64,000 nucleotides of DNA from Clostridia bacterium. GTDB taxonomy: Bacteria; Bacillota; Clostridia; UBA1212; UBA1255. Positions 37,841 to 46,690 of this stretch are shown in pieces. Position numbers and translations under genes: made by a program. Below the pieces are notes generated by a model. The model had not been told where the DNA came from. It worked only from the letters and a program-made list of their open reading frames with translations, and ran no database searches. The stretch spans positions 7,288-71,287 of the forward strand of contig JAZQDE010000049.1 of assembly GCA_045546695.1 (NCBI GenBank), written 5' to 3'. How positions within the stretch are numbered: position 1 is the stretch's first letter; the number at the start of each line of letters is the position of its first letter.

Positions 37841-40840
37841 TTATTTTATGTTAACTTTGAATGTTCTTGCGCTACCATTATCATCCATTTCAACCACGAA
37901 TGAATAGCTGTACGTGCCGTCTTCGTTGTAGTCAATCTGATGTCCGTCAAAATCTTTTTCATTGATTACATATTCTGTCCAGCCAGATCCTGTTTTTTCC
38001 TGGATAGAAATGCCTGACATTGATGTTATGCCGTCGATTCTTACGGTGAATCTGTTGCGTCCGCCGGAGAGCGTAAACTCAGCCGCGTTGTTGTCAGCCT
38101 TAACAATCGGAATATATGTATCTTCAACAACTGTGCCTGTCTGTGCCGTAATCTTCAGCTTGTTGAAAACTGAGTCTTGTCTTACATACTGAACGTTGCT
38201 GTCATCTGTATCTGTACCTGTTCCCCACGGCACCAGAATGAAGTCGAGTCTGATGTAGTCACCTTTTTTGAATTTAACAGTATCTTCCATGAGTGACAAG
38301 TCACCATAGTTCAGGTTGCCGTTAAATGCATTACGGAAAGCAAAGTCGCCATTCCATTTTTCACCGCCGATTACGATATCGTAATCCACCATAATGTAGG
38401 CAAAGTTCATGATATTTGTATTGGCGTTGTTAAGTCCGTAGTATGTGAAATACGGTGCCTTGTTGCCAATATTTAACAGTTCGTATGCGCCGTCTGTCTT
38501 TGTGGTGCGTTTGTTTACGGGGTTGCCGTTTTCATCAGTATATCCGACATAGTCAAAATTCTCTGCCCTGCCGTCGAAGCTGAATAACGTAAAGTTTGTT
38601 TTTACGTCTTCAATTGTCAGATCTTTGAGGAAATTAAGATCCATTGTGTAGTATGTTCTGTTCTCGTCATCCTGCGGGAATTCAACGTGTCTTAACGTGT
38701 ACTCGTATGAACCGCAATCTGAGATATAGTTGTAGTCCATATCTGCATATGTGTTTCCTGAAGACCTTATGTCTGTGTCCGTGTATTCAGCGGCGTACGT
38801 TATGTTGTCCTTTACGTATGACGCAAAGCGCAGTCTGCCTACTGCGTTGAACTGTGGCTGTGATGCCCACATTGTTCCGCTGCAGCCTCTGAAATCAGGC
38901 AGTGTCCACTGGTCTTTGCCATATACAAAGTATGGCGCGATACAGTTCGATTCTGTTACACCTGTTGACAGGTGGTAATATGAAATGTGGAACTGGATTG
39001 ATGATATTTGTTTGAGTGGGAATTTACCCCAGTTCTGGTACAGGTGGTGAATTGAGTAATTAAGCGTCTGTCCTGCAGATATTTTCAGCGGAATGAAGCT
39101 GTCGCCGTATCCTGTGTCTGCAGGCTCGTAGAAGGGCTCTTCTTTTTCACCGGAGAAATTCTTGCAGACCTGAGGGTTGATAGGTGTCAGCAGGCCGTTT
39201 GAATCTACGACTGCTGCGCCTTCGAGTGCTCCTGTTATACTGTTCGTCCAGATGTACATGTTGCGGTCAACGCCTGTGTCGTTCGTGATTGACACGTCTG
39301 CTGTGTAGTATTCATTTCTGTTCTTGTACGCTACGTTGAAGTCTGAGCCGCCCATTTTTATATGATACGAACCTCTGTATGGGTCATATTCTATGTATTT
39401 TGCGCCTACTTTTCTTGCAGATTCTGCCGTAATCTGTGTAATAGGATTACGCTCGAGTTTTGCTTCTGCTGCAATGCCGTCAAACGAGTTTGTTTCGTCG
39501 TTATAAATGCGGCTTCCGATTGTGAGTATTCTCTTGTTGTATTCTATTTCCTGTCTGATAACGAGGTACTCGCCTTCCGGCTGTGCTGTTACGTTGTATT
39601 CGATTTCGTCTTTAGGAATAATAAAACCTATAACGCCTGCATATTTTACGCTGGCAGCTACGTATTCCGGCTCGCCGTTTTCATCGAATGACACTTTGTA
39701 ATCGAGTACGTTTTCGAGTGGAATTTTGAGTTCGATGCCGTAGGTTTCAAATTCTGTAAGCGCATCACCAATTCTGCTTTTTACAAGGCGATATTCCTGA
39801 TGTACTTTATCAGAATATACGTGGAAAGTCTTGTCGAGTTTGTATATAGGTGTGCTGACTTCTTTACCGATTACCTTAATACTCTTTATTGTAAATGTAT
39901 CGCCTACTTTTTGGCCAAAGTCAAATCTTACACCTACGAGGCCTTCTTTAGCGCCTTTTATTGACGACAGGTCTATTCTGTATGTGCGGTCTGTACCGTC
40001 TGATACAATACCAAAGGAGAGGCGCTGTTCTGCGTTGAAGCCTTTACCTGATGTTGTCGCGATGAAAAGTTCAGCATTAGAGGTCTGACCGACTGAGTTG
40101 ATTGTAACTTCGATGTGTGTTGATGCTTCGCCGGCAACTTCAAAGTTGTTAAGACAGCAGTATGGGTCGTGTGTGTCTGTTGCTTTGATTGTTACTGTTC
40201 CGTTTTTGTATTCCGGATTTGACATTTGGTTTACAGTCCATCCGGTATCAATTTTTAACTCTTCACTGCTTGTTATTTCATCCTGAAACTCACTTTCAGA
40301 TATATCTTCGCCGAAGCCGAGTTCGCGGATATGTGTTTCGTAATAGTAGTAGCCCAGGCGTACTGTGTTCATTCTTGCGTACGTTGGTGAATAAGCTGAC
40401 GAGTATACTGTGCCATCTTTACCTTTGAGGTATACGTCAAGTGTATCGTGTGCGTATGAGATGCCGTCTTTGTTTGCTATATCCCTGACGCTTAATTTAT
40501 CTGTTGTGTCCATCGTATGCACAAGGCTCATATCTGTGTTTACGAGTGCATAGTAGTGTCTTGTAGGATCTGCATAGAAGCCCTGTACTGTGTTTTCAAG
40601 GCTACTTGAGTAGGCAAAACTTGCAGACAGTGGGCTGTCGTTATTTATTTCATGTGCGCCCGGCTCTATCGCCTTTATGCCGAAGCTCAACGGATCGTCA
40701 GGAATGTTGTTTTCCGGCTTCTTTTTGTCGTTGTCTGTCGTTTTGCACGCTACCATTGATAATACTATTGTAGCTAATACGGCGATTGCAACGATTGATA
40801 AACATATTTTCATCATTTTTGTAATGCGCATAAGAAACAC
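37841..40840 (-). CDS. large exported lipoprotein of unknown function
   Basis: 999 aa. Signal peptide and lipobox (AIAVLATIVLSMVACKTT). The body is Y/N/D/G-rich all-beta type with no recognised catalytic motif. Confidence 0.7.
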   Translation of the reverse strand: MFLMRITKMMKICLSIVAIAVLATIVLSMVACKTTDNDKKKPENNIPDDPLSFGIKAIEPGAHEINNDSPLSASFAYSSSLENTVQGFYADPTRHYYALVNTDMSLVHTMDTTDKLSVRDIANKDGISYAHDTLDVYLKGKDGTVYSSAYSPTYARMNTVRLGYYYYETHIRELGFGEDISESEFQDEITSSEELKIDTGWTVNQMSNPEYKNGTVTIKATDTHDPYCCLNNFEVAGEASTHIEVTINSVGQTSNAELFIATTSGKGFNAEQRLSFGIVSDGTDRTYRIDLSSIKGAKEGLVGVRFDFGQKVGDTFTIKSIKVIGKEVSTPIYKLDKTFHVYSDKVHQEYRLVKSRIGDALTEFETYGIELKIPLENVLDYKVSFDENGEPEYVAASVKYAGVIGFIIPKDEIEYNVTAQPEGEYLVIRQEIEYNKRILTIGSRIYNDETNSFDGIAAEAKLERNPITQITAESARKVGAKYIEYDPYRGSYHIKMGGSDFNVAYKNRNEYYTADVSITNDTGVDRNMYIWTNSITGALEGAAVVDSNGLLTPINPQVCKNFSGEKEEPFYEPADTGYGDSFIPLKISAGQTLNYSIHHLYQNWGKFPLKQISSIQFHISYYHLSTGVTESNCIAPYFVYGKDQWTLPDFRGCSGTMWASQPQFNAVGRLRFASYVKDNITYAAEYTDTDIRSSGNTYADMDYNYISDCGSYEYTLRHVEFPQDDENRTYYTMDLNFLKDLTIEDVKTNFTLFSFDGRAENFDYVGYTDENGNPVNKRTTKTDGAYELLNIGNKAPYFTYYGLNNANTNIMNFAYIMVDYDIVIGGEKWNGDFAFRNAFNGNLNYGDLSLMEDTVKFKKGDYIRLDFILVPWGTGTDTDDSNVQYVRQDSVFNKLKITAQTGTVVEDTYIPIVKADNNAAEFTLSGGRNRFTVRIDGITSMSGISIQEKTGSGWTEYVINEKDFDGHQIDYNEDGTYSYSFVVEMDDNGSARTFKVNIK

Positions 40841-40926
40841 CTACCTTGATTTGTTACGTAATTGTTAACATTGATTTTACTATAGTCCCCGTTTATATGT
40901 CAAGGTGAGTATTTCCCGGGAAATAC

Positions 40927-42117
40927 ATGATTATTTTGCTTTTTACGCTGTCTTGTAATAGAATTGTTGCCATGGCCATATTTTTTGATTTACCTGACAG
41001 CCGGAATGCAATTGATGATGTGTACGCGCTTTTGCGTGCGCAGCTTCTTTCTGCAGCAAAGACCAGCTTCCGGATTACTTCGTTGCTTAAAGGGATGGTT
41101 GATCCCGGTCAAATTCGTTTTTACAAAAAATATGTGAAGTACAAGCCTAAAGGCTCTCAGACTACCCGTGTTTATGAATATAACAGTCATTATTTGCGTT
41201 ATAGTGAAAATGTTGTTGACAAAAAAGGTAATATCAGGACTCGTTATTTTACGCGTATTCTGCCGAATGAGGAGTACGAGAAGATTCAGCGGGATAGTAA
41301 TCTGTTCAGGTATCTTTCAGTGGCGCGTGAATGCGTGAATAATATTCTCGACAGGACAAAAGCGCTTCTCTTGTCTTCTTTTTATTATAATCCAAACGAT
41401 TATCCCGACATTGATTCTGAAATATCACTTGCTGTGTGTGCGGAAAAGGATTCTGAGGACTCCCGCCGCTGGCATATTGAGAACAGAGTTTGTTATTCGC
41501 CTGAAAAATATAAATGTATTGATTTGCATTCTCTACCTTTTATGTCGCGGGGTGAGTTATTGCTTTATGAGGCATTTGCTCATTGTGGCTTATCTCCAAA
41601 ATATGAAGCTCCTTTGCAAATTTCCGGTCCGCGCCACGCCGGCAAGACTTATTATCCTGACTTTACATGCGAGTGCAATGGTAAGACGTATTATTTTGAA
41701 TATTTCGGCATGATGAATGACCCTGCATATTTTGCAGACGCCTGTCGTAAGATTGAAGATTATACGAGACATGGTCTTGTACCCGGACACAACTTTATTG
41801 CTTTTTGTTCTGGTGATTCAAGTGCTATCAATCTTGAAGTTGTAGTTAAAGTTTTGCAAAAAATCGTATCAGGTCAATCTCTACTTGAGAAGGATAATTA
41901 TATTTCTATGCCAGGTATAGTGCGTCTTGACTCTATTTCCTCGTGGTCTTTACCGCAAGATCTTTGCAATATAATTGCAGAAGAATCAAAGAGGTTCATT
42001 CCCAAAAAACACAAGACAAAGTCTCGTCAGCGCAATATTAAGACGGAAAAACGCGAAAATCCTGTTTTATCGACGCCTGATGAGTATAGTGATGTCATTT
42101 TAAAAATTGAAGAATAG
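40927..42117 (+). CDS. hypothetical protein with a basic C-terminal tail and an uncertain start
   Basis: 396 aa ORF. There is no clear RBS. Alternative ATGs at 40927 and 40972 remain open. No signal peptide. The C-terminal tail is KKHKTKSRQRNIKTEKREN. Function unknown. Confidence 0.55.
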   Translation: MIILLFTLSCNRIVAMAIFFDLPDSRNAIDDVYALLRAQLLSAAKTSFRITSLLKGMVDPGQIRFYKKYVKYKPKGSQTTRVYEYNSHYLRYSENVVDKKGNIRTRYFTRILPNEEYEKIQRDSNLFRYLSVARECVNNILDRTKALLLSSFYYNPNDYPDIDSEISLAVCAEKDSEDSRRWHIENRVCYSPEKYKCIDLHSLPFMSRGELLLYEAFAHCGLSPKYEAPLQISGPRHAGKTYYPDFTCECNGKTYYFEYFGMMNDPAYFADACRKIEDYTRHGLVPGHNFIAFCSGDSSAINLEVVVKVLQKIVSGQSLLEKDNYISMPGIVRLDSISSWSLPQDLCNIIAEESKRFIPKKHKTKSRQRNIKTEKRENPVLSTPDEYSDVILKIEE

Positions 42118-42198
42118 TCAATTTTCTGCCCTTTTGCCCTCTTGCTGCCATTTTTTGGCAATTTGACGTCTGCCAGGGCCTTTCACCCTTGCTTCCTC

Positions 42199-42437
42199 CC
42201 GGTTTTGCAAATAGTTCCCCGCCTTCATTTGCAAAACCGCAAGTGAGAGATAGCCCTTTTTGCCTGCTCTACCTCGGTTTTGCAAATAATTTGCCGCTTT
42301 CATTTGCAAAACGGCATAGCGTAATGGCCGACCTTGCACCTGATGCCCCGGTTTTGCAAATAATTTGCCATTTTCATTTGCAAAACCGAGATGATAAACA
42401 GCGTAAAAAAGGCCGGTTTTGCAAATGCAAAACCGGC
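42199..42437. repeat. tandem array of hairpin repeats. Three 40-nt units sit 75 and 74 bp apart, followed by one loop-deleted unit.
   Basis: The units are at 42199-42238, 42274-42313 and 42348-42387. Each is CGGTTTTGCAAAT-[14-nt loop AATTTGCC(G/A)(C/T)TTTC]-ATTTGCAAAACCG, a 12-13 bp perfect stem. The fourth copy at 42410-42437 is GGCCGGTTTTGCAAATGCAAAACCGGCC, which is the stem without the loop. Spacers are 35, 34 and 22 nt. Spacers 1 and 2 are weakly similar to each other (TTGCCTGCT vs TTGCACCTGAT). Confidence 0.8.
42404..42437 (-). terminator. rho-independent terminator of the 42463-43791 lipoprotein gene
   Basis: On the minus strand a 12-bp GC-rich stem (GGCCGGTTTTGC/GCAAAACCGGCC, 4-nt loop) is followed directly by TTTTTT. 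It lies 25 nt past the stop codon. Confidence 0.7.
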
Positions 42438-42462
42438 CGCGGTTAAACTTGGCTCAGCAGGC

Positions 42463-43791
42463 TCAGTCAACTAATTTAGCGGGCACATAGCCTGAAGTCT
42501 TGAATGTAGTATTCTTGAATTTATATGCTGTATTAATTGTATTGCCATCTTCATTGCTGTCTATAACACATGGCAGCACACCGATATCAACGCCTGCTGC
42601 CGGAGCAAATGCAGTGGTATCAATTTTACCCTCTTTAAGCTGCATTTCAGACCACGGAATAAATGCCTCAATGATGTAGCTTGAACTGCCTGATGTGTGG
42701 CCTGCGGCTTTCGCTGTTACCTTGTCAGATATAATACCCTCTTTATAATTATTACGATAGGTTACAACACTGCCATCTTCTTTCGCGCCAAAAGTGAAGA
42801 ATATTCCGTCAGTATAATTGCCTGTCATCAGATAGCCCGGATTAAAAGCAATCTGCACACAGTCTGCGCCAACCCATGATTCCTTATCGCCACGATAGCC
42901 TGGGGTTGAATCAGTCACTTCCGCAGCGTAATAGAAGCCGCTGTCGTCCCACGACATATAAATTGTAGTCTTGTTGTTTCCGATAGCACTACCTACCCAC
43001 GGAGAACAAGAGCTTTTGTCCATAACGTATGATGTCTTGTATTCGCCGTCTGCAATTGCAGCGTCAACCGTTGCTGTTCCACGATGGATTTCAAAAGAAA
43101 TACCGATATCTGGTGTTGCAACAGGAGCCAACGGGTCATCGTTGTCATCATCAGGATAATCTTTGTCGAGCATCAGGTCATTCGGTCTGTATGCATACAT
43201 AAAGCCCGTAATCGGCTCTAAAAATGGTTGCTCACCAGCATTATACTCTGTACCTTTATTACATTGAATTCTTGCATCACTGCCCGCGTCATATCTGAGG
43301 AAAGTACCATCTTCATTCATTGAGCTTGCACACATAAACGTATGCGCAGGTTTATAATCAGCATTAGGATTTACAAAAACAATATCTCCTGCCTGAAGTT
43401 CTTCAAGATTCTCAATCTTTTCAAAGCCCTGAGACTCGCACCATCCGGGAAGCGCCCATACGGTTACGCCCTGTGTATACGGCTGGTCTGTATATCCTAC
43501 ACGATATAAAATCCAGTCGACAAGTCTGTCGCAGCTAACCTTTTTTTCGGAAGGATCAATAGCCTTCTCGGGGTCAAGATGTTCCCAGTTTATAGCAGGG
43601 TTAATTCTTGCATCACCATAAACAAAGTCATTATCACGAATAAAATCAGCAACAACCTGCGCCTCTTTCATAAGATGTTCACGCAAGGTCATTCCACCCT
43701 CTTCACCATCATCGCCTTCTTTACAAGATACTCCCGCAAAAGCCAGCATAAACACCAGCAAAAGCGACAAAACTCTGACAAAATTTCTCAT
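42463..43791 (-). CDS. exported lipoprotein. The N-terminal domain may be a papain-like (CHAP/NlpC-P60-type) Cys/His domain and the C-terminal domain is a CBM9/DOMON-like sugar-binding domain.
   Basis: 442 aa. Lipobox LAFAGVSC. The N-terminal domain has a conserved Cys (CDRLVDWIL) and a downstream His (PAHTFMC). The C-terminal ~200 aa are an all-beta region resembling carbohydrate-binding family 9. The domain calls are tentative. Confidence 0.65.
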   Translation of the reverse strand: MRNFVRVLSLLLVFMLAFAGVSCKEGDDGEEGGMTLREHLMKEAQVVADFIRDNDFVYGDARINPAINWEHLDPEKAIDPSEKKVSCDRLVDWILYRVGYTDQPYTQGVTVWALPGWCESQGFEKIENLEELQAGDIVFVNPNADYKPAHTFMCASSMNEDGTFLRYDAGSDARIQCNKGTEYNAGEQPFLEPITGFMYAYRPNDLMLDKDYPDDDNDDPLAPVATPDIGISFEIHRGTATVDAAIADGEYKTSYVMDKSSCSPWVGSAIGNNKTTIYMSWDDSGFYYAAEVTDSTPGYRGDKESWVGADCVQIAFNPGYLMTGNYTDGIFFTFGAKEDGSVVTYRNNYKEGIISDKVTAKAAGHTSGSSSYIIEAFIPWSEMQLKEGKIDTTAFAPAAGVDIGVLPCVIDSNEDGNTINTAYKFKNTTFKTSGYVPAKLVD

Positions 43792-43805
43792 AATATACCT
43801 CCTTG

Positions 43806-45020
43806 TTATTTATCATACAAAGCAGGACACTCAAGTCCGGACTTATAATAACGAATATACTCACAAAGCCATTTATAATACTTATCACCATGGCCGCCCT
43901 TCATAGGCTCAATATCGCGGCTGTATTCCTGATTGAAGTTGTCGGTGAAAATATAACCGACACCATCGACCTTATAAAGCTGCGCACACCATTCATTCCA
44001 CCATGTAACAGTAACAATTTTGGGATGATGCTCAAAAGCCGTCTTCCACTGCTCGTTCCAGAATCTGCCACCGTCACGGCCGTGGGCAGTCGGCAGAGAC
44101 ATATATGTTTCCTGCGTTGCGACAGCAGCACAAACGTGCTCGGGATTACCATCAGCGTCATAAGCAACAGTATTCGAATTGTTTACTTCAAGGTACGACC
44201 ACTGATTTTCATAAACAACACTCTGAAGTCCGTACATGCCCTTAATCTTGAAATAATCATTTTCGACAAAATCATAGCGCCAGTCAAGAAGCAGAGGCTT
44301 TGAGTCCCAATATACGAAACAATCCTGCCACTTTTCAACGCCATAAAAAAACTTTTCAAGGAATCTGTACATGCTATCAGAGCTCACCCAATACACAACG
44401 TACGGAGTTCCCAGACCTTCTGCACGCATCTGCATAATAGTATCAAGCAAAGCCACAGACGGGTTGTAAATATATTGATTCCATGCCGACTGACCGGGCG
44501 AATAAGCACCGGCAGAAGCATACGTATAGTCAAGAATAATAAAATCAACGCCGGCGTTATAAAGGAGCGTCATGTTGTTTCTTATAGCGGCAGTGTCAGT
44601 GCTTCTGTAGTACCCTTGCGCAGGCTCAGACCAGTAGTGGAACTTTGTAACGCGATTATACTGCTTATTCTCATCACCAAAGCCATACTCCTTGCTAAAG
44701 CCATACTTTGCAGTCATTTCTTCAACGTTGCAAACATCAGTAATCGGGCCCGTACCTGAGCCGTTAATCGCATCGAACCACATAGAATAACAAATACTTA
44801 CAAGGTCCTTTTTATCTGTAATATCAAGGCCCAGTGTGTGACCGGGCAACGCTTCTGCTTTCACAACAATCTCCCCTTCTACTATCTCAGTTGTATAATT
44901 GACGCGACCTTCGCCAAATTTACCTTCAGGAACACTCCATGTCGGCTCCGGTTCAGGCGTGCATGCAAACATCCCGATTGCAAAACAAATCATAATAAGT
45001 AATAATATCGCTCTTTTCAT
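43806..45020 (-). CDS. exported lipoprotein, probably a TIM-barrel glycoside-hydrolase-like enzyme
   Basis: 404 aa. Lipobox AIGMFAC. Motifs FHYWSEP, GVDFIILDY and WWNEW are typical of (beta/alpha)8 glycosidase-like folds. The family is not assigned. Confidence 0.65.
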   Translation of the reverse strand: MKRAILLLIMICFAIGMFACTPEPEPTWSVPEGKFGEGRVNYTTEIVEGEIVVKAEALPGHTLGLDITDKKDLVSICYSMWFDAINGSGTGPITDVCNVEEMTAKYGFSKEYGFGDENKQYNRVTKFHYWSEPAQGYYRSTDTAAIRNNMTLLYNAGVDFIILDYTYASAGAYSPGQSAWNQYIYNPSVALLDTIMQMRAEGLGTPYVVYWVSSDSMYRFLEKFFYGVEKWQDCFVYWDSKPLLLDWRYDFVENDYFKIKGMYGLQSVVYENQWSYLEVNNSNTVAYDADGNPEHVCAAVATQETYMSLPTAHGRDGGRFWNEQWKTAFEHHPKIVTVTWWNEWCAQLYKVDGVGYIFTDNFNQEYSRDIEPMKGGHGDKYYKWLCEYIRYYKSGLECPALYDK

Positions 45021-46315
45021 GTTTCCCCTCCAACGTCAAATAAAATCTTCTGTCTGACTTCAGTCGCCTGTTCTTCTGTCAACTTCCATAAATTAACAAT
45101 CGGCATCAGGTCGTATCCGTCCACACTTGTAACCTCCGCCGGATAGTCATCCGGAAGACCGGTTACCTGCGCATAAATAATATCTCCATCGGTGAAAAGA
45201 TAACCATTTTTTGCCACATTGCCCTCTGTCTGTGCATAAAGCAGGTCGCAATTATCAGTGATATATTCAAGGCCCTCTGCAAATCTCATAGTACAGCAGA
45301 AAAACGCCTCGTACATAAGAGTATGGGATTCGTGCTCAGCCTCCGGCAGAATTATAGTATCAGTACCGGCGCCACCATTAGGTCTTTGAGCCGTAGCAAG
45401 ACCGTTATGGTAAATTCTGGCAGCGATAACTCTGTATTTCTCGTCATTCCTGACCTTATACAATTCGCAAGAGAGCATCAATGAATCGACAATCGCACAT
45501 GGCTCTGTCCACGTATCCGGTCTGCCCCACCAGTTAAGATTCTGGTAAGTCATCGTCATACCGCCACCATTGACATATAAATCCCAGATATTGTCAGCAC
45601 CGTCAAGATATCTGACGTCGCCGGACAGTCTGTACATACGCATCATGCCACGCGCGGCAGTCAGCGTACAATGCGTCTGTACCTTAAGCGCCACCTTGTC
45701 AATTGCAAGGAAAACATCAATCATTTCGTCGAGCAATTCCTTAATCCGTGCGTCTTTTAATATCTCATATGCATGTGAAAGGCCGTCGACAGACATAAAT
45801 GCACAGCCGATATCACTTGAAAGAATCCACTGCCCTATACAAAGCCCTGACGAGCCTGAAACGCCGCCCGTGTTTTCACCGGACCTGTTAATGGGATACG
45901 TGTGAAAACGGCCTTTAAGAGGCAGAAAAAGGTTCTCTACGATTTTCTGCACAGAAGCCTTGCTGTAGTCGTCACCGAATGCCATAAAATGGTTACAAAG
46001 ACCGCGAAGAAGCCACGAGTGACCGGACAGTTGCTGTTCGTGTATTTTATCTGAAAAAACAGGCCCGAAGTAGCCACCGCTATTAAGGTGAGCATCCATG
46101 GCCTGCATCAACTTATCCATGCAAGGAATCTTTTCGCCGGACATATTGTAGTGGCAAACAAATGCGAGCAATGCCCTGCCCTCTTTGTCTGCATACCAGT
46201 CATAATCATCAGGCGCAAAAATATTATCAAACTGGTAATAATCACCTGTTTCAAGTCGTTTTCTGTTAAGAGCGACTCTTGCTTTTAAATCGTTTTCGTT
46301 AATATTTATTATCAT
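45017..46315 (-). CDS. hypothetical cytoplasmic protein. It may be a six-hairpin (alpha/alpha)6 enzyme of the GH127/DUF1680-like or LanC-like type, with low confidence.
   Basis: The MIININENDL start at 46315 overlaps the upstream zinc-ribbon stop by 4 nt. There is no signal peptide. It has many conserved Cys/His (GHSWLLRGLCNHF, SGLCIGQW, FFCCTMRF). Confidence 0.6.
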   Translation of the reverse strand: MIININENDLKARVALNRKRLETGDYYQFDNIFAPDDYDWYADKEGRALLAFVCHYNMSGEKIPCMDKLMQAMDAHLNSGGYFGPVFSDKIHEQQLSGHSWLLRGLCNHFMAFGDDYSKASVQKIVENLFLPLKGRFHTYPINRSGENTGGVSGSSGLCIGQWILSSDIGCAFMSVDGLSHAYEILKDARIKELLDEMIDVFLAIDKVALKVQTHCTLTAARGMMRMYRLSGDVRYLDGADNIWDLYVNGGGMTMTYQNLNWWGRPDTWTEPCAIVDSLMLSCELYKVRNDEKYRVIAARIYHNGLATAQRPNGGAGTDTIILPEAEHESHTLMYEAFFCCTMRFAEGLEYITDNCDLLYAQTEGNVAKNGYLFTDGDIIYAQVTGLPDDYPAEVTSVDGYDLMPIVNLWKLTEEQATEVRQKILFDVGGET

Positions 46316-46614
46316 CTTTTCGCTCCACATCCTGCACAAAATTTGTCATCCGGTCCGAACTTTTTACCACATCGAGTACAAAAAGAAGCTGTACCCTGTG
46401 TCTGGGCGTTTGGTTCAGAGAAGACCTGTGCATTGATGGCGTATTTTTCGTTATGTCTCAAGGGAGTCTTACACTTAGGACAATATACAAAACCATCCGG
46501 AAACCATGGTCTGTAATCAAGGTGTGTGTCTTGATATTGAACCGCTATACCACAGCAATGACAAGTCTGGATATATGTGAGGCCACTGTGCCACTCTGCC
46601 CGTTTATATGACAT
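46312..46614 (-). CDS. small zinc-ribbon domain protein
   Basis: 100 aa with four CxxC pairs (CHCC, CPKC, CTRC, CAGC). The C-terminal CTRCGKKFGPDDKFCAGCGAKR is a classic zinc-ribbon. GGAGGG RBS. Confidence 0.6.
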   Translation of the reverse strand: MSYKRAEWHSGLTYIQTCHCCGIAVQYQDTHLDYRPWFPDGFVYCPKCKTPLRHNEKYAINAQVFSEPNAQTQGTASFCTRCGKKFGPDDKFCAGCGAKR

Positions 46615-46661
46615 TATTACGCCCTCCTGAATTTTTCAACTATATTTTTAATATCCTAACA

Positions 46662-46690
46662 CTGTGAAAATATAGTGTCAAGCAAAATGT
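46662..46690 (-). promoter_or_regulatory. putative sigma-70 promoter for the zinc-ribbon gene
   Basis: Minus strand: TTGACA (46685-46690), a 17-nt spacer, then TAGGAT (46662-46667). The RBS GGAGGG and the ATG at 46614 follow. Confidence 0.4.

Noticed and set aside
42199-42437. Possible orphan CRISPR array (40-nt repeats, 34-35-nt spacers)
   Set aside because: There are only three full repeats and they diverge in their central loop. The spacers resemble each other, which indicates a 75-bp tandem duplication. No cas genes are in the window. The last copy is a loop-deleted hairpin acting as an intrinsic terminator.
42118-42446. ORFs 42118..42339 (-) and 42189..42446 (+) from the six-frame track
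   Set aside because: They lie entirely within the hairpin-repeat array. Their translations are repetitive (FAKPQ/FANN repeats) and there is no RBS. They are artefacts of the repeat.
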